Below, piece by piece: positions 11,000 through 22,889 of a DNA stretch of 64,000 nt; position 1 is the stretch's first letter; the number at the start of each line of letters is the position of its first letter. The stretch comes from Hypanus sabinus. Its lineage: Eukaryota. The position numbers were made by a program, and so were the translations under genes. Location of the stretch: NCBI RefSeq assembly GCF_030144855.1, contig NC_082719.1, positions 44,392,001-44,456,000 on the forward strand. The letters run 5' to 3'. The notes below the pieces were generated by a model that saw nothing but the letters and a program-made list of their open reading frames with translations, did no database searches and was not told the origin of the DNA.

Positions 11000-11213
11000 T
11001 GTAGCGATGTGCTACACACAGCGCTGAAATAACGACACGCAGTCGGTATGTACTTTGGAGACTAGTTTATTCAAACTTAGCGGCGCTGGCATTTAATCCC
11101 TAGCGCCCGTCCTTTTCGGGCGGAAATGACATCAGAGGTGCATTACCAAAATCTCCCCCCGCGCGCTGGCTATTTGTGAGCTGGTTCGCCTGCATAGAAA
11201 GTGGGTCGCCACA
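11000..11213 (-). repeat. Gypsy 5' LTR (214 bp)
   Basis: Direct repeat of 878-1091, adjacent to the PBS. Confidence 0.95.
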
Positions 11214-11374
11214 ATATACTTTGAAATCAGAATGGTGTGGGCCTTGGAAGGCAACTTTCAGGGTGCTGTTGCTCCCATGCTTTTGTTGCCCTTGCCCTTG
11301 TACATGTTATGGGGTTGGAATGTGCTGAGTCAGTGTAGGAAAATGGTGCTAAAGCAGAAGATAAGTCATGAGCT

Positions 11375-11520
11375 ATGACAAACTTCTATAGATGCACAGT
11401 TAATATCCTAGCTGGCTGCACCATGGCCTGGCAAAGAAAACACCAATGCCCAGGAACAGAAAAGACTCCAGAAGGAGTTGAATACAGACTATTTCATCAC
11501 AAGTGAAGCCCTCCCCTCAA
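11375..11520 (+). mobile_element. Rex1/Babar-type LINE fragment
   Basis: Degenerate NFYRCTV..ILAGCTMAW..NAQEQKRLQK. Confidence 0.65.
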
Positions 11521-11930
11521 TAAAAAAATCAATGAACTACATTAAGATAATGGAAACATTTTCAAAAAAAGCTTTAATCATCTGATGCAAATGCCAGGCC
11601 AGTCAAATGATAACATTTAAATCTTGCATGCCACCAAATGCACAAGATCCATGTTATTGTGACAAATATATTTATTGTCTTGAATCAATGCCTTTGGTCT
11701 TCATACACCTGAACATCCCTAGGGCTGGAGCTTCAGGACCTCTCTTCCAGGCCCACTCTATCCCTGATTCCACTAGAATGGTCTGAATGATAAGTGAACA
11801 GTGGGTGACGAAGTGCAGAGATCCTGCCTGGCAAATGTTATTGACAGACTTTCAGAACTAGCAAATCTAAGGCCAGAGATGAAAGCCAGTCCTGACATGC
11901 ACTGCTTAAGAAACTATAAAACTAAAATAA

Positions 11931-12909
11931 TATAACCATATAAAAATTACAGCATGGTAACAGGCTATCTCGGCCCTTCTAGTCTGTGCCATATTCTTAC
12001 TCTCAGCTAGTCACACCAACCTGCATTCAGCTCATAACCTTCCACTCCTTTCCTGTCCATATACCTATCCAATTTTACTTTAAATGACAATATCGAACCT
12101 GCCTCTATCACTTCTACTGGAAGCTCGTGCCACACAGCTACCACTCTCTCAGTAAAGAAGTTCCCCCTCGTGTTACCCCTCAACTTTTGCCCCCAACTCT
12201 CAACTCATGTCCTCTTGTTTCAATCTGCCCTCTGAATGGAAAAAGCCTATCCATGTCAACTCTATCTATCCCCCTCATAATTTTAAATAACTCTATCAAA
12301 GTCCCCCCCTCAACCTTTTACACTCCAAAGAATAAAGACCTAACTTGTTCAACCTTTCTCTGTAACTTAGGTGCTGAAACCCAGGTCACATTCTAGTAAA
12401 TTTCCTCTGTACTCTCTCTATTTTGTTAACATCTTTCCTATAATTCGGTGATCAGAACTGTACACAATACTCCAAATTTGGCCTCACCAATGCCTTGTAC
12501 AATTTTAACATTACATCCCAACTCCTATACTCAATGCTCTGATTTATAAAGGCCAGCATACCAAAAGCTTTCTTCACCACCCTATCCACATGAGATTCCA
12601 CCTTCAGGGAACTATGCACCATTAATCCTAGATCACTCTGTTCTACTGCATTCTTCAATGCCCTACCATTTACCATGTATGTCCTATTTTGATTAGTCCT
12701 ACCGAAATTTAGCACCTCACACTTATTAGCATTAAACTCCATCTGCCATCTTTCAGCCCACTCTTCTAACTGGCCTAAATCTCTCTGCAAGCTTTGAAAA
12801 CCTACTTCATTACCCACAACGCCACCTATCTTAGTATCATCTGCATACTTACTAATCCAATTTAGCACCCCATCATCCAGATCATTAATGTATATGACAA
12901 ACAACATTG
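11931..12909 (-). mobile_element. CR1 LINE, 5'-truncated
   Basis: LFVIYINDLDDGVLNWISKYADDTKIGG..WQMEFN..LVRPNLEYCVQF, followed by a CR1-type 3' tail. Confidence 0.9.
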
Positions 12910-14374
12910 AAGAAATATATATTGAAGAAATTTGATTACTCAGAAACAATAAATAAATAAAACCCAGGTTTCTCAAAGGATTCCATGACTGAAATCAATT
13001 GACATGTAGAGCCATCTGTTGTTTAGTAAATCCCATAATTCTATGCATAAAAACATGTATGGAAATTTAGAACTAGCTAAGTATTGATAGGTCTAATCTG
13101 CAAAATACACTTGATCAGATCCCACTATTAAAAGGCTCCAGTGTATTCTTTGAACATTAGAAGAGCTATTTGGTATTAATTAAAAGTACATTCATACTAA
13201 GAGACAATAAGCATTTTGACTGCAGAGCTTGCTACTGCTGCGTCTGTCAAGGAAAGGGCATTTGGTAAGGTTGACACTCAAGAAGAAATACTGACAAATT
13301 TGATACCCCCATAAAAAAACCATATACAGCAGGTAGCACTGAACTTCAAATTTTATGCTGTAAAATATCATGTATCTGGTAAATAGTAAACTAGACAGCA
13401 GCAAAGCCTTGAGTAACCTCTTTTCCTTCATCCTGTTTTATCTGTTTCTGAACATTGCTTATCATGAAGACATTTCTCACTAACTTGTAAAAAAGAAAAG
13501 GGACTCAACAATTCAGTGCAGTTAGTCCTTTACAAAACTTTTGGTAATGTGGCCCAGGAAGGATCAGACTGAAGGATTCACACAGTATGGTGAAGAAAAA
13601 ACCAGCAGAGAAGCTTCTCATTGATTGGCCGACTAAAGCTTTTCCTGAGGGCATGAGCAACACAGGTAGAACTGAGTGACAAAATGAAAACCTCCCAGAG
13701 ATTTTAAACGGAAATCCGACTTTTCTTAAGACCTTTCTTGGGAGTACACAAGATGATAGAAACAGTCAGTTAAGAAAGGTTGCTTGGAGTTGGAAAGGAA
13801 CAGGGGATCAAGAAGTTGAGTGCAAGATAACAGGCTGGAATAGATGAAGGAAAGGAGCAGGTTAATGAAGTTCAAGAAAACCAAGGCAGCAGGAATGGAG
13901 AATTGCTTGTCCCTGAGCTCACATAATCGGTCTTTCCCCATCAAACAATCATGTCTATGTTTACATTTAAGTGTACAAACATTTTACTACCTTCCAACTA
14001 GGCTTTAACAAGAAATCAGCACACCACTGTCATCAGCACAACCATCAACCCTAAAACCGGGCAAATCCTTGAAATGGAATGGAAGGAAGTAGTCTTTGAC
14101 CCAAATTACCTTAAAACACCCTACCAGCAACACTTTCCTGTCTATCCTACAATTAGTTTCAAAATTCATTTATCCCTAAATCACCTGACTGCACAGAGCT
14201 ATTGATCCCAGCTGGCCATGTGACCCGAGAAACAAAACAAAGTGGGTGACTCTTAATTGCTTTCTGAAATTGCAGCCAATTCAGGAGCAATTACAGTATG
14301 ACAATAAAAGCTGGCTGAATCAGCAACATCATTTCCCATTGAATGAAACAAAAACATTTTCTGGCAATATCAAC

Positions 14375-14667
14375 AGACATGTCAAAGTAGCATGATGCAA
14401 TTACAGGTCAGGGCATTTTGGAGTTTGGAAGTCATTTCTGGTGTCATTCTGTAAGGAGTGCCTGTCTGTCTTCGCTGTGGAACGTGTGGGTTTTCTCTGG
14501 ATGCCCTGGTTTCTTTCCAGTTCAAAGATGTTCCAAATAGGTTAATTGGTTATTGTAAAAAAATAGTCCCGTGATTAGGTTAGGGTTAATTGAATTTGTT
14601 GGGAGTTGCTGGGGCAGTGTGGTTTGAAGGGCCTATTCTGCACTATGTTGCAAAATAAAGAAAGAAA
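14375..14667 (+). mobile_element. V-SINE (HE1-like) copy
   Basis: V-domain-like cgtgtgggttttctctggatgccctggtttc..cagttcaaaga; aligns with 15315-15600. Confidence 0.7.
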
Positions 14668-14744
14668 TCTGTGCAACTCTTTAAACTCCATTTAGGGGCT
14701 CAGTTCAATTTTAATAGCATAGACCAAAATACTGAAAGATCTTT

Positions 14745-15016
14745 CATCAGGTGGGAGGCACAGAAGCCTGAAGGCACACACACTCAGCAGTTCAGGAACA
14801 GCTTCCGAATCCTAAATGGACATTAATCCAGTGAACACTACCTCATATTTTAAATATTTAACTTATTTCTGTTTTTGCACAATTTTTAATCTAATCAATA
14901 TACATATACCATAATTGATTGATTTTTTTTCCCTATATTATGTAATGTGTTGAACTGCTGCTACGTTAACAAATTTCACAGTACATGCCGGTGATAATAA
15001 ACCTGATTCTGATTCT
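14745..15016 (+). mobile_element. Rex1/Babar-type LINE 3' end with (GATTCT)n tail
   Basis: SGGRHRSLKAH..FRNSF, then 3' UTR ending gataataaacctgattctgattct. Confidence 0.75.
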
Positions 15017-15043
15017 AGTGTGCTGCAAATATATACATCTCAC

Positions 15044-15176
15044 CTCATTCATTTTGCCATCATCAGGTGCTTGGGCATCCTTAGTTTGTTTGATGTTCTC
15101 CACCATTTTCCTTATAAAAGCATGGCTATTATTCTCATTTTTCGCCATTAAAACTTCCAACATGAACCAGAGGCAC
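15044..15176 (-). CDS. PDS5A: PDS5A exon 16/16 (133 bp)
   Basis: ggtaag|G...GAG|gtgaga; [44 protein letters not shown]. Confidence 0.93.
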
Positions 15177-15314
15177 CTTACCAAATATAATTAGAAAAAT
15201 CTTAGCTTAGTTTTAAGGTACATCAGAGGAAACACTCAAGAAGGATACAACAGATGGCAATTTCAAATTCAGCATTTAAACTAATATACACATTTTAAGG
15301 TCAAATTACAATAG

Positions 15315-15600
15315 ATGATGCCATTGGGGTTAGTACAATGCAATTACAGCTTTGGAGTTCAGAGTTCAATCCTGGGGTTGTCGGTTTTACAAGTTAAGTG
15401 TTTGTATGCCTTCCTATGGAATGCGTGGGTGTTCTCCAGGTGCTCCAGTTTCATCCCACAGTTCAAAGACATAACCAGTAGATTAACTGGTCATTGTAAA
15501 ATCGTCCCATGATTAGGTTAGGGTTAAATCAGGATTGTTGAGGCAGCATGACACGAAGGGCCAGAAGGGCTTGTACTGCAAAATAAGTAAATGAGTAAAT
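15315..15600 (+). mobile_element. V-SINE (HE1-like) copy
   Basis: B-box-like gagttcaatcc; V-domain tgcgtgggtgttctccaggtgctccagtttcatcccacagttcaaagac; CR1-like tail gaagggccagaagggc. Confidence 0.75.
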
Positions 15601-15623
15601 GCCATTAAATAAATGTTACTTAC

Positions 15624-15738
15624 TCTTTAATGTCACGTAGCTGTTCAATATCCTGTGTTTTGGTAAAATCTGGATCATGAGCTAGCAAATGAACTGTGTA
15701 CGGAACTACGTATTCTGGTAATAGTGACAAAAGCTTCT
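15624..15738 (-). CDS. PDS5A: PDS5A exon 15/16 (115 bp)
   Basis: ctgtag|AG...GA|gtaagt; [37 protein letters not shown]. Confidence 0.95.
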
Positions 15739-17759
15739 CTACAGAAAAAACAAAGGAAAAGTATATTTAAAAGTTGATAAAAAACTTTATTGATGCATAC
15801 AATTCTAGCAAATTAGAATCTTCAAAATAACCTGATTAGACAAAAATAAGCAAATATATTTTAGTTTTACATTAATTCATTAATATGTTGAATATTCCAA
15901 TCACTTTTACTGCAAGATTTAATCTTGAAATATGTAACACTATTGTATTTTTCACAGTACATACGATATTTCTTTGAAAAGGATAGCTAGCAATTCCCAT
16001 TGAGATCAGAAGATTATAAGCACTGATCTAATTCCAGACTTGAGAGGCCTAACTGTACTTCAATTTCATTCACCTTTGTCCTATAACAAATATCTCTAGA
16101 AAGCATCTTGTAAGGAACCCAGTTTCTCCTATTTCTTTGAAAAATGCCCCTTTTGAATTGACCAGATTTAAACATGTCATTTATTCCCAAAGCTACCATT
16201 TCATTATAACCTTTCAGAACAAAATCTATACTCAAGCAAATTGAGAACAAGGACACAGGATTTATATTCATGGCAGGACTGGGGAAAAAAAACATTATTT
16301 TTGTTATTTTATATATTGCATATTTTAGCATTTTTGCATTCCTTGCCTTTCAAAAGCAATTTCTGCTTAAGAAAGAGGAAATTGTTGTTCCAAAGTTTAG
16401 GAATAAATTTGAATATTGTTCTTTGAGCAGTTGTAAAGATTCAGATAAAAGCAAATTGTAGGGCAATACTTACAGCTGCTCATTGGATGGCAGGAAAGGT
16501 GCCTAGGAATCTGACTAACTTCAAGTAGGATTTGAAACTGGGATACCCGTGGAAGGGATGCTGCAAATTAATGATGAATTATTATGGGGTTAGAAAGCAG
16601 ATGCAAAATATTGAGAAGGTAAAAGTAGGAAAGCTAAGAGTGTGAAGCAATGGAACAGGACCTCAAACAGAATAATTAAAGACGAAAACACTATTTGGGA
16701 ATCTAGAAAGCAAAGCAGTGGATAAAGGCTAGGTTAATTAAGCCTGGCAAAAATTTAGCAAAGCTTAAGTCTTCAATCATGCATAAAGATAGAAATTCAA
16801 ATGAACCTGTTGACCAAGATGCCAGTTATGAATGGAGTGGCTAGGTTTATGGAATAGGAAATGGAAGTCTCATGAAGTGAAAGAGTTTAAGAGGAAAGTA
16901 ACAGTTCTAGGAGCTAAAAGGCCAAATATTGCTTTAAGTGCTGGACATTAAAACCAAGAATTTCACAGAACTCTGAAAATGAGCAGATTTTAATAATACA
17001 CAAATGGTTTTAGGAGATAAAAGTGAATCTGGAGGACAGTAATAAGACCCTGATGAGGTAACTATTTTCTCTTTTCACAGATGCTGCCTGTTTACTCAGT
17101 CTATGCCCCTCATAACATAATACTTGTCAACTAAATCTCGCCCAACCTCCCCCAGTCTTTCCCCAGCCTACTAATCCATCCCCATTGTTGAATTTCCAGC
17201 TCTGACAATATCCTGTTAATTTCTTCTGCACCTTCTCCGTTGTGTATGATGTTCCCGTAATAAGGTGACTAGAACAGTACATAATATTCAAGCTGTAGCC
17301 TAGTTAGTGTTTTATATGATTCTAGCATAATCTCTTTGTTCTTATGCTTTATTCCTTAGGTAACAAAAAACAGTACACCAGATGTCTTCTTATCCATATT
17401 ACCAACCTTTCTGAACACCTTTAAGAAGCTGGATTCACATGTTGTCCTTCCTCAAATCAATTACCTCTCACTTCTCTAGACTGAATTCTATTTGAGTTTT
17501 CTGCACAACTGACCAGAGCATCAACATCCTCCTGCAGTTTATGCATGTCTCCTGTCATTCACACCATCATTTTCGATTCCTTTTCGATTCCATTTTCGCA
17601 AACCTTATCTATCTATACTTATAAGATAGTCTATATATATTACAAAAAGTAAAAGGGGAAACAGTGCAGATGACATCAAAAGCATTTTTTACAAATTCTG
17701 ATTTCTTTGCAACTTTCCCTTAAGAAATCTAGTTGACTGCATTTGGATATACAAGAATT

Positions 17760-18170
17760 AAGATGAACCAATATGATTTTGTGCATGGAAAGTCATGCTT
17801 GATGAATATCTTAAGAGTTTTTTTGAAGAGGTAACCAAAAGGGTAGATGAGGCTAGGACAGTGGATGTTTCTTCGGCAAAGTCCCACATAGTAAACTGGT
17901 CTGGAAGGTTAATGCAATCTAGGGAGAGCTCACAAGGTGGATTCAAAATTGGCTTGGAGGTCAAGAAGCAACGAGTGGTGATTGAAGGTTGTTTCACAGA
18001 ATGGAGGTCAGTGACATTTAAGAAGAACTTGGATGGGTACCTGGAGGGGTAGGTCTTAGAGGGATTTGGGACAAATGCAGGTAATTGGATATAGCTGAGT
18101 GGGCACTATGGTCAGCATGGACTTGCTGAGCCAAATGGCCTGCCATGTCTTTGCGATATTACTCTATACT
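17760..18170 (+). mobile_element. Degraded CR1 fragment
   Basis: FFEEVTKRVDEARTVDV..KQRVVIEGCFTEWRSVT + 3' tail. Confidence 0.7.
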
Positions 18171-18291
18171 GTTTTTGATTAATCTGCATTCTTCTTCTCA
18201 GAATTGATTCCAATAATACGTCCCACAATGTAATTCATCTAAATGGCCTCCTATTACTTGTTTTATCCCTTTCAAACAAAGTTGAATCATA

Positions 18292-18435
18292 GGGGTAGCA
18301 CAGTGACAGACCAAGTGGTGCTGTTTCACCGATCTGGCAATGTAGCCTTGACCCTGACCTTTGGTGTGTAGAGTTTCTATGTTCCTCCTGTAAACCCTGC
18401 AGCATTTTACCAGGGACTACCCACATCCCTAAAGG
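18292..18435 (+). mobile_element. Old V-SINE remnant
   Basis: tRNA-like head and gtgtagagtttctatgttc V-domain start. Confidence 0.45.
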
Positions 18436-18582
18436 TAAGTAGTAAGAAAATCATGGTGGAGCTGATGGGCATGCCAAGCGAATATAAGAAATAAATAATG
18501 AGAATTTGTTTAAACTGAAACTAATGCATTGTCAGTTGTAAAACACTTCTTTTAAGAAAATATTGTAAATTACTGTACTAAC

Positions 18583-18787
18583 CATGAGCGATTGGATTCT
18601 GTTTAATATATTCTCTTCGTATACTTATATTTTTAAGGAGACACTGTCTGGCATGTGCTCTTCGCTCTTTCACAGGGTCCTTGGCACAGAGTGCAAACAC
18701 CGCCATATATTCCAATGGGAGCATTAATTTTCCGAGGGCTTTGTGAAGTTTCAGAGCAAATATTTGTCTCACCTGGTAACACTCGTC
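18583..18787 (-). CDS. PDS5A: PDS5A exon 14/16 (205 bp)
   Basis: taaaag|GAC...CATG|gttagt; [68 protein letters not shown]. Confidence 0.95.
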
Positions 18788-18995
18788 CTTTTAAAAACAA
18801 AAGTTATAAAATCAATAGATTATTTGAGGTAATGCAACAAACTGTTAACATGAATGGGAGAGTCACGAATGCTCACCTCTATGGCAAAACAGAAGCAGTT
18901 TGCTAATTTCATGATAGCTCATTTGGGGGGTTGGGGGGTAGGGGGTGGCATTTAAATTATCCAAGATTTATTCTTTCAATGTTGTTTCAATAATA

Positions 18996-19715
18996 TAGCG
19001 GATTCTAATTAATTGGGACACACTGAGACCAATACATTTTGGCCCAATTAAGTGGCTGCCCCAATTAGCCAAAGTTTCACGGAAATAGTTAGAAAGGTAT
19101 AAAAAAGAAACTGAGTAACAAATTATGTATTTAAATGAAATACAGAACAAATTAGAACACTGCCAATTTTACGGTAGCACTATAAAAATGCGTATTAGCT
19201 CCTAACATCTATTGGACAAATTCATCTGCACCATGGGTGACTGTAAAAGAACAAAATCAGCACAGCCACCCAATGCAGATAATGGACTGCTTTCATACAA
19301 TGACTGTATCCTCCAAATCTTCATTTTCATTTAAAATTCTTCATAGTTTCTAACTCTTTTGAGGTAGTGAAATCACTTCATTTTCACTCCAAGCTGTTTC
19401 TGTTCTCTCGAAGCCTGAATGCTTGAAACCGCAGTGACCAAAACGGTTCTGAATGATCTTACTGCTTATTTCTAATTATCAATGAACAAATGTACGCAAC
19501 TGACGTTATTTAAAAACTGTTCACATGAAGCATGATGTTCTAACGCTCACACAAGCGTATGGACTGATGCTAGTTAGAAACTACAGTCTCCTGTCCCAAT
19601 TAAGTGGCATGGTGTCCCAAATAAACAAAGGAAATCCCTACAAGTTTCTCAATTAGCTTTTGTTCTTTAAAAGTTTTCCTAAATATGCGGCTGCCCGATT
19701 AACTAAATATTCTTC
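18996..19715. mobile_element. Non-autonomous pogo/Tigger-like DNA transposon
   Basis: TA followed by (c/t)agcggattc..aattgggacac; subterminal CCCAATTA motifs repeated at both ends; no ORF. Confidence 0.55.
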
Positions 19716-20115
19716 ACTCACTCTAACTTAATAACATGAAAAGTATATTAATTAAAACTGATATTATTACATATTGTTAAATGCAGTTAAAAATTGCCAC
19801 TATTATAAAAGTTCATTTAACCTCTCATTTCACAACTGTTTTAATTTTTTAATAATTATAGGCATCACAATAAAATATTTTCACTTTTTTGTAAGAGTTA
19901 AACCTGTAGTTAGAAGGTTTTCGTAGCAACATTTTTATATTGTTAAAAGAATAATCCCAGAATAAACAACAAGGTTTGTCCAGCATGGTTTGAGATAGGA
20001 TTGAATTGCACAGATTTGAAGAAAGCATTTCTTCATGTAGGATTTTTTGGAAATTTTATAAATAGACTGAAGGAGCACAGAGTTTAAACACAAATGATGA
20101 AAATAAAGCACTTAC

Positions 20116-20239
20116 ATTTATAACAAGTGCACAAAGTTGGAACTGCTCTGGGGTGATAATTTCATGATAGCAAGGTTCTTGTGCAAGTTTTAGTATAGCA
20201 CATCCTGCAGCCAACCGTAATCGAGACATATCAGATTTA
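20116..20239 (-). CDS. PDS5A: PDS5A exon 13/16 (124 bp)
   Basis: ttgcag|T...AAT|gtaagt; [41 protein letters not shown]. Confidence 0.95.
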
Positions 20240-20426
20240 CTGCAAGACAGGGAAAACAAGGTCAACTAATCACAGCATAGCTCCACCTAATGTACTTATA
20301 ATTTTTTAGAAACTCTCAACCAGAATACTGACAACAGGAGGAAGTTTAAAAGTCTAAACCAAAAGTAGTGAATTACCTACCTGATAATCTTAGTTCGTCA
20401 AATTAAAGATTTCTTACACTTATATG

Positions 20427-21768
20427 CAGTTGCAAGAAAAAGTTTGTGAACCCTTTGCAACTACTTAGCTTTCTGCATCAATTTATCATAAAATATGGTC
20501 TGATCTTCATCTAAGTCACAATAAAAGACAAACAGAATCTGCATAAACTAATAACACACAAACTATTGTGTTTGTCATGTCATTATTGAACACCTTGTTT
20601 AATAATTCACAGTCCAGGCTGGAAAAAGTATGTGAACACTTGTATGTAATAACAGTCAGAACCTCCTTTAGCAGCAATAACCACTACTAAATATTTCCTG
20701 TAACTGATGATCAGATCTGCGCAATGACGAGGAGGAACCTTAGACCATTCCCCCATACAAAATAGTTATCATACATCAATATTTCTGGGATACCTTACAT
20801 AAACAATCCTCTTCAGGTCATCTCAATTGGGTTAAGATCTGGACTCTGACTTAGCCATTCCAAACCACAAAATTTTCTTCCTTTTAAACCACTCTGCTGT
20901 TGATTTACTTGTGTTTCCAATCACTGTCTTGCTGTACCATCTAGCTTCTACTAAGCTTCAGGCGACAGATTGCTATCCCAACGTTGTCCTGTAAAATGTC
21001 TTGATACAATTTTGAATTCATTGCTCCCTTAACGGTTGCAAGCTGTGCAGACCCTGAGACAGCCAAGCAGTCCCAAACCATGATATTTCTTCCACCATGC
21101 TTCACAGTTGGGATGAGGTTTTGGTGTTGGTCTGTAGTGCCCATTTTCCTCCAAACATAGCGGTGTGCATTTCTGCCAAAAAGTTCATCTTAGTCTTGTC
21201 TGTTCACAGAACATTATCCCAGAAGTATTGTGGAACATCCAAGTGGTCTTTTGCAAACTTGAGGAATGTAGCAATGATTTTTTTTTGGAGAGCAATGGTT
21301 TGCTTTGTGGTGGTCTTTAATACACACCTTTTTTGTTCAGTGTTTTTCTTGTAGTGGATACATGAACAGAGACTTTAGCAAGTGCTAGAGGTTTCTGCAG
21401 GTACTTTACTGTTACCATTGTCTTTTTCACCTCCTTCAGCATTGCACATTGAGCTCTTGGCATGATCTCTGCAGGACACCCACTCTAGGGAGAGTAGCAA
21501 CAGTACTGAATTTCCTCCATTTGTAGACAATTTCTCTTACTGTGGACTGATGAGCACTCAGGCCTTTAGAAATGCTTTTGTAGCATTTTCCAGCTTCATG
21601 CATCTCTCCAATTCTTCTTCTAAGGTCCTCTGAAAATTGTATTGATTGAGGCATGGTGCACATTAAGAAGAGCAGGCTCTGTTAGTAACCTAACTTTGTG
21701 TGTCTTTTCTAGGGTAGGACACCTCTACAACCCAAACCTCCAATCTCATTTCACTGATTGGAACACCT
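20427..21768 (-). mobile_element. Tc1 family A element, degenerate transposase, one TIR
   Basis: MPQSIQFSEDLRRRIGEMHEAGKCYKSISK..STVREIVYKW (paired-like HTH); PTVKHGGRNIMVW; TIR starts CAGTTG. Confidence 0.88.
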
Positions 21769-22889
21769 GTAAGTCTTTTCATGGCAGTATCATACAACGT
21801 TGTTGCATATTAGCCATGTAATTTCACCAAACACTAACATAACATAAAATAACATAAAAAATGACATAACATAGCCAATAACATAAAAAAAAGCTTATGT
21901 AAAATTCAAATATAAGCGGAGGGAAAATCCAGCTGGATTAATTACCTTTCAACACAATATTAAGATATAAGCAAGAAGACATAATGACCAAATCAAATTA
22001 ATCTCATCTATTTCAGTCATAATTGCAGGATTCTGAATAAGAAGTTGTATTTTTGAGAAACTACTGGCAGAATTACGGCTCTGAAATAAGTAAACCACTG
22101 TCTGGAACCAGATTGGCATGATCATAGGTTCACATCATCATAGTTTCACTAAGCAGCAGTAATAAAGTGGACAGTTGGCTTGCTTCACCAAGGCAACACT
22201 CCTAACAAATTGGAAGCAATAAGACAATGGCCACATAATTGTAGTCCATAGAAAAGATGGATCCATTCTGAGACACAATCAGTAGCAGGCTGAAGAAATG
22301 GCCATAACTATATTAATAAGAGATAACTACCTGAGAGATAAAAGCCTGTGAAATAACCAAGTGGATCATGACTTAGCTACAAGATCAATATGGGGAACGC
22401 AATCTTTCATAAATGGCCAAAGCAGTCAATTCCATGCTCCTCTGTTTGACTCAGTGCTGATAACTAGGAGGCAAAGCAATTAGTGGTGGAAAACGGAAAT
22501 GATACTGTGGCAGCCAATATTCCATTACAACAGGATGACAATGGTGAAATAGGTTGGACTTTGACTGGTCAATGTAGTACTTTCTCATAACAGCAAAGCA
22601 GCAGAAGAAAACGTAATAGAAAGACAGAGATGAATCTTGGGAAATAGATTTAATACTTTAACAAACCATGGAGCAGCACAAGAACATGGTAATGCAGAAT
22701 GAGACTAGGACCAACACTTCAAAGTACAGATCTTTAATATAGGGCAGAAAACAGGAAAGCCACAAGTCTAGTCCAGATCATCTTGTATGATGACAACTAA
22801 TAAATGGTGCAATGCACATTCCTGCACATTGTCTTTACAATTAAAGAGTTTTATTAGAGCTGAATATACCTTTCACTAGTTTGTCAGAA

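Larger units (their letters stand above)
878..11213 (-). mobile_element. Full-length Ty3/Gypsy LTR retrotransposon, CsRn1-like, degenerate, interrupted by L1
   Basis: Two 214-bp TG..CA LTRs; ATAT TSD at 874-877 and 11214-11217; PBS and PPT present; gag-PR([11 protein letters not shown])-RT(YLDD)-RH-IN(HPS..C..C, DRFTRWPEA, TSDRGAQF, GPF) order with multiple frameshifts. Confidence 0.95.

Noticed and set aside
22010-22142. Minus-strand ATGATGA..CTGA as a C/D snoRNA
   Set aside because: No convincing terminal stem or recognisable rRNA guide; such boxes occur by chance.
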